A stretch of 64,000 nucleotides of DNA from Pseudomonadota bacterium (GTDB lineage: Bacteria > Bdellovibrionota > FAC87 > UBA2466), in contig JAYUGC010000066.1 of assembly GCA_043767805.1 (NCBI GenBank), positions 5,597 through 69,596 on the forward strand, in the 5' to 3' direction. The notes beneath the pieces are model-generated. The model had not been told where the DNA came from, made no database searches, and was given only the letters and a program-made list of their open reading frames with translations. Position 1 is the first letter of the stretch. Every line of letters begins with the position of its first letter. A program made the translations under genes and the position numbers. This document shows positions 62,466-64,000 of this stretch, piece after piece.

Positions 62466-63341
62466 ATGGAAAACCAGCTAGAAGGCGCCGTGACCTTGAT
62501 TCCCAAAGAGGAGCGCACCCGCCATCTGATTGCCGAATGTCCCATTCGGATGTCCGAGCTCGTCGTGAGCCAAGTGGGGATTAGCGCTGAAAGGTTCGCG
62601 TCTCTCCTCTATTGGGGCGGTGTTTACTTAAATAAGGATCGCATCACGGAGGATCGAGAGCTCGTCCCCGGTGACTATGTCCGCGTGCATCTGCAGCCTC
62701 GCCGTTTCCCGGCGGCGGCGGCGCACGACTGGAAGACCCGCGTTTTTGCAGACACCGCCGACTTCGTACTGGTGAATAAACCTCCCGAAGTCCCGGTGCC
62801 CCCCACTCTCGACAATCTCCACGAGAATGTTTTGGCGTGTGTCTCCCGCGCGCTCGGCACCCGCCTCTGGATCACGCACCGCTTGGATCTGCCGACCCAA
62901 GGGTTCCTGATGCTGGCCCGTTCGGCGCGCTATCAATCGCTTTTCAATAAGTGGCTTAACGAAGGCCGCATCGAAAAAGAGTACCGCGCTCTCGTTGCGA
63001 GCGAAGTTTCCCCGGGCACTTTCATTCACTGGCAGCAGCCATCCAAGGCCGCTCCCAAGATTGTCTCGGCCGAGCCCCAGAAAGGGTGGCAACGCTGTGA
63101 GCTGCGTGTGCTTTCCTGCCAGCCGCACCGCGAAGGCTTTGAAGTCCGCTTGAGACTCGTTACGGGAAGAACTCATCAGATACGTTGTCAGCTCGGCGCG
63201 GTAGGAGCGCCACTGCTGGGCGATACCCTCTACGGCGGCCCGCGCCGAGACGAGGGCGTTGCCTTGCAAGCCTGCTCGCTCCGCCTACCCGATCGCCATT
63301 CCCAAACCACCCTCGAGTTCACCTTGCCCGCTCCTTGGTGA
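62466..63341 (+). CDS. RluA-family pseudouridine synthase
   Basis: Catalytic motif 'THRLDLPTQGFLMLARS' (HRLD...G) and 'VTGRTHQIRCQL' (RTHQIR motif). Start 'MENQLEG'. Confidence 0.75.
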   Translation: MENQLEGAVTLIPKEERTRHLIAECPIRMSELVVSQVGISAERFASLLYWGGVYLNKDRITEDRELVPGDYVRVHLQPRRFPAAAAHDWKTRVFADTADFVLVNKPPEVPVPPTLDNLHENVLACVSRALGTRLWITHRLDLPTQGFLMLARSARYQSLFNKWLNEGRIEKEYRALVASEVSPGTFIHWQQPSKAAPKIVSAEPQKGWQRCELRVLSCQPHREGFEVRLRLVTGRTHQIRCQLGAVGAPLLGDTLYGGPRRDEGVALQACSLRLPDRHSQTTLEFTLPAPW

Positions 63342-63387
63342 CAAGGACCGGAGGCCGGGCTAATTTAGCAAGTCAAAGGAGTCCCGC

Positions 63388-63645
63388 GTGAAAAAGGTTA
63401 CCGTCTACACCACGGAATATTGTCCCTATTGCGTTCGCGCCAAGAGCTTTCTCAAAGGCGAAGGCATTGCCTACACCGAGGTGAATCTCGAAGGGAAGCC
63501 CGACGAGATGAAAGCGCTGAAAGATCGCACTGGCCTTAGAACCGTGCCCCAGATCTTCTTCGGCGAAGAGCTCATCGGCGGCTGCGACGCGCTCTTGGCT
63601 CTGGGCGCGAGCGGCAAGCTCAAGGAAAAGCTCGGCCTTACATGA
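63388..63645 (+). CDS. grxC: glutaredoxin (Grx3/GrxC-type)
   Basis: GTG start with AAAGGAG RBS. 'VTVYTTEYCPYCVRAKSFL' contains the CPYC active site, and 'TVPQIFFGEELIGGCDAL' is the GSH-binding region. Confidence 0.8.
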   Translation: MKKVTVYTTEYCPYCVRAKSFLKGEGIAYTEVNLEGKPDEMKALKDRTGLRTVPQIFFGEELIGGCDALLALGASGKLKEKLGLT

Positions 63646-64000
63646 AACCGAGCTTTGAGATCCTGACCGGAAGGACGGCCTCTCATGTGGGGCTCGCTCC
63701 GGATGGGAAATCCCGTCTTCACAAGGACGCCATCGCGGACTTCACGCGCCTCGCCCAGGACGCCAAGCACGAGGGCTTCGATCTGCGGATCGTGAGCTCC
63801 TACCGCGATTATCCGGCGCAACTCAGAATTTGGAACGAGAAAGCAGAGGGCAAACGGGCGCTACTCGATAAAGACGGCAAGCCCCTCGACCACGCGAAGC
63901 TCTCCCCCGACGAGATCGTGACCGCCATTTTGCGCTGGTCGGCGCTCCCGGGCGCGAGCCGCCATCATTGGGGCACGGATTTCGATATCGCGCCGGCAAA
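63642..64000 (+). CDS. D-alanyl-D-alanine carboxypeptidase family (peptidase M15/VanY-like), 3' partial (runs off window end)
   Basis: ATGA overlap with grx. 'LRIVSSYRDYPAQ' and 'SRHHWGTDFDI' are M15 zinc-ligand motifs (SxHxxGxAxD). Confidence 0.6.
   Translation, partial: MKPSFEILTGRTASHVGLAPDGKSRLHKDAIADFTRLAQDAKHEGFDLRIVSSYRDYPAQLRIWNEKAEGKRALLDKDGKPLDHAKLSPDEIVTAILRWSALPGASRHHWGTDFDIAPA

Noticed and set aside
62628-63269. 213-aa minus-strand ORF inside rluA
   Set aside because: It is antisense to a pseudouridine synthase with intact HRLD/RTHQIR motifs.
1-64000. CRISPR arrays, tRNA/rRNA genes, prophage or integrase genes, toxin-antitoxin or restriction-modification systems
   Set aside because: By-eye scanning of intergenic regions found no tandem direct repeats with spacers, no cloverleaf-like tRNA candidates, and no rRNA-like conserved stretches. 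No ORF carried integrase, capsid, REase or MTase motifs.

Overview
This is a high-GC window of bacterial chromosome, probably from a diderm organism (it carries outer-membrane beta-barrel genes and a suf operon with SufU). Genes are densely packed, often with ATGA/GTGA stop-start overlaps, and none are hallmark prophage genes or defence systems that I could recognise. No rRNA, tRNA or CRISPR array was found.

Recognisable content, in order along the window:
- **1-11 kb:** a partial IPT/TIG secreted protein, a SulP/STAS anion transporter, an S1/P1 nuclease + Gfo/Idh/MocA oxidoreductase pair, and a CDF metal exporter.
- **11.1-11.9 kb:** an AT-rich IS200-like RAYT (Y1 HuH transposase) flanked by perfect 29-bp inverted repeats, inserted against the stop codon of a 908-aa membrane-protein gene.
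- **11.9-19.2 kb:** a 5-gene minus-strand operon: MBL-fold hydrolase, Fmt-like formyltransferase, FemAB/GNAT-like transferase, FAD oxidoreductase, and a large membrane protein (GT-C-like by architecture only).
- **19-24 kb:** an SpeH-type AdoMetDC, secreted hypotheticals, and a signal-peptide-bearing SelO/YdiU-like protein.
- **23.7-32.5 kb:** a PfaA-like 'secondary lipid' polyketide/fatty-acid cluster. Reading along the minus strand it runs FabI-like ER, a stand-alone KS, an AT-ACP-KR-DH protein, a short acyl-AMP ligase, and an Old Yellow Enzyme.
- **32.7-34.7 kb:** an unannotated small tail-anchored protein + SPFH/Zn-ribbon + Zn-ribbon/TPR operon.
- **34.9-39.6 kb:** MscS, a fused tandem Ddl-type ATP-grasp ligase + DmpA/S58 peptidase pair, and a small Lys/His-rich secreted protein with its own -10 box and terminator.
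- **39.6-40.4 kb:** an inorganic-pyrophosphatase-fold protein with nearly all catalytic acidic residues substituted, co-transcribed with a small secreted acidic Pro-rich peptide.
- **41.3-43.3 kb:** a bufferin/methanobactin-type RiPP cluster made of a DUF2282-like 6-Cys precursor, a DUF692 (MNIO) protein and a DUF2063 protein.
- **44-54 kb:** an APH-family kinase, an HD-GYP protein, a TPR protein, a secreted S8 subtilase, an alpha/beta hydrolase, a TPMT-like methyltransferase, and large secreted or membrane hypotheticals.
- **54.2-60.4 kb:** a complete Rrf2-sufBCDSU-sufT operon.
- **60.5-64 kb:** a beta-barrel OMP, a GlsB/YmgE protein, a VOC protein, RluA, glutaredoxin, and a partial VanY/M15 carboxypeptidase.

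The most interesting candidates are the MNIO RiPP cluster, the degenerate PPase pair, the Fmt-like + FemAB-like operon, and the split PfaA-like PKS.
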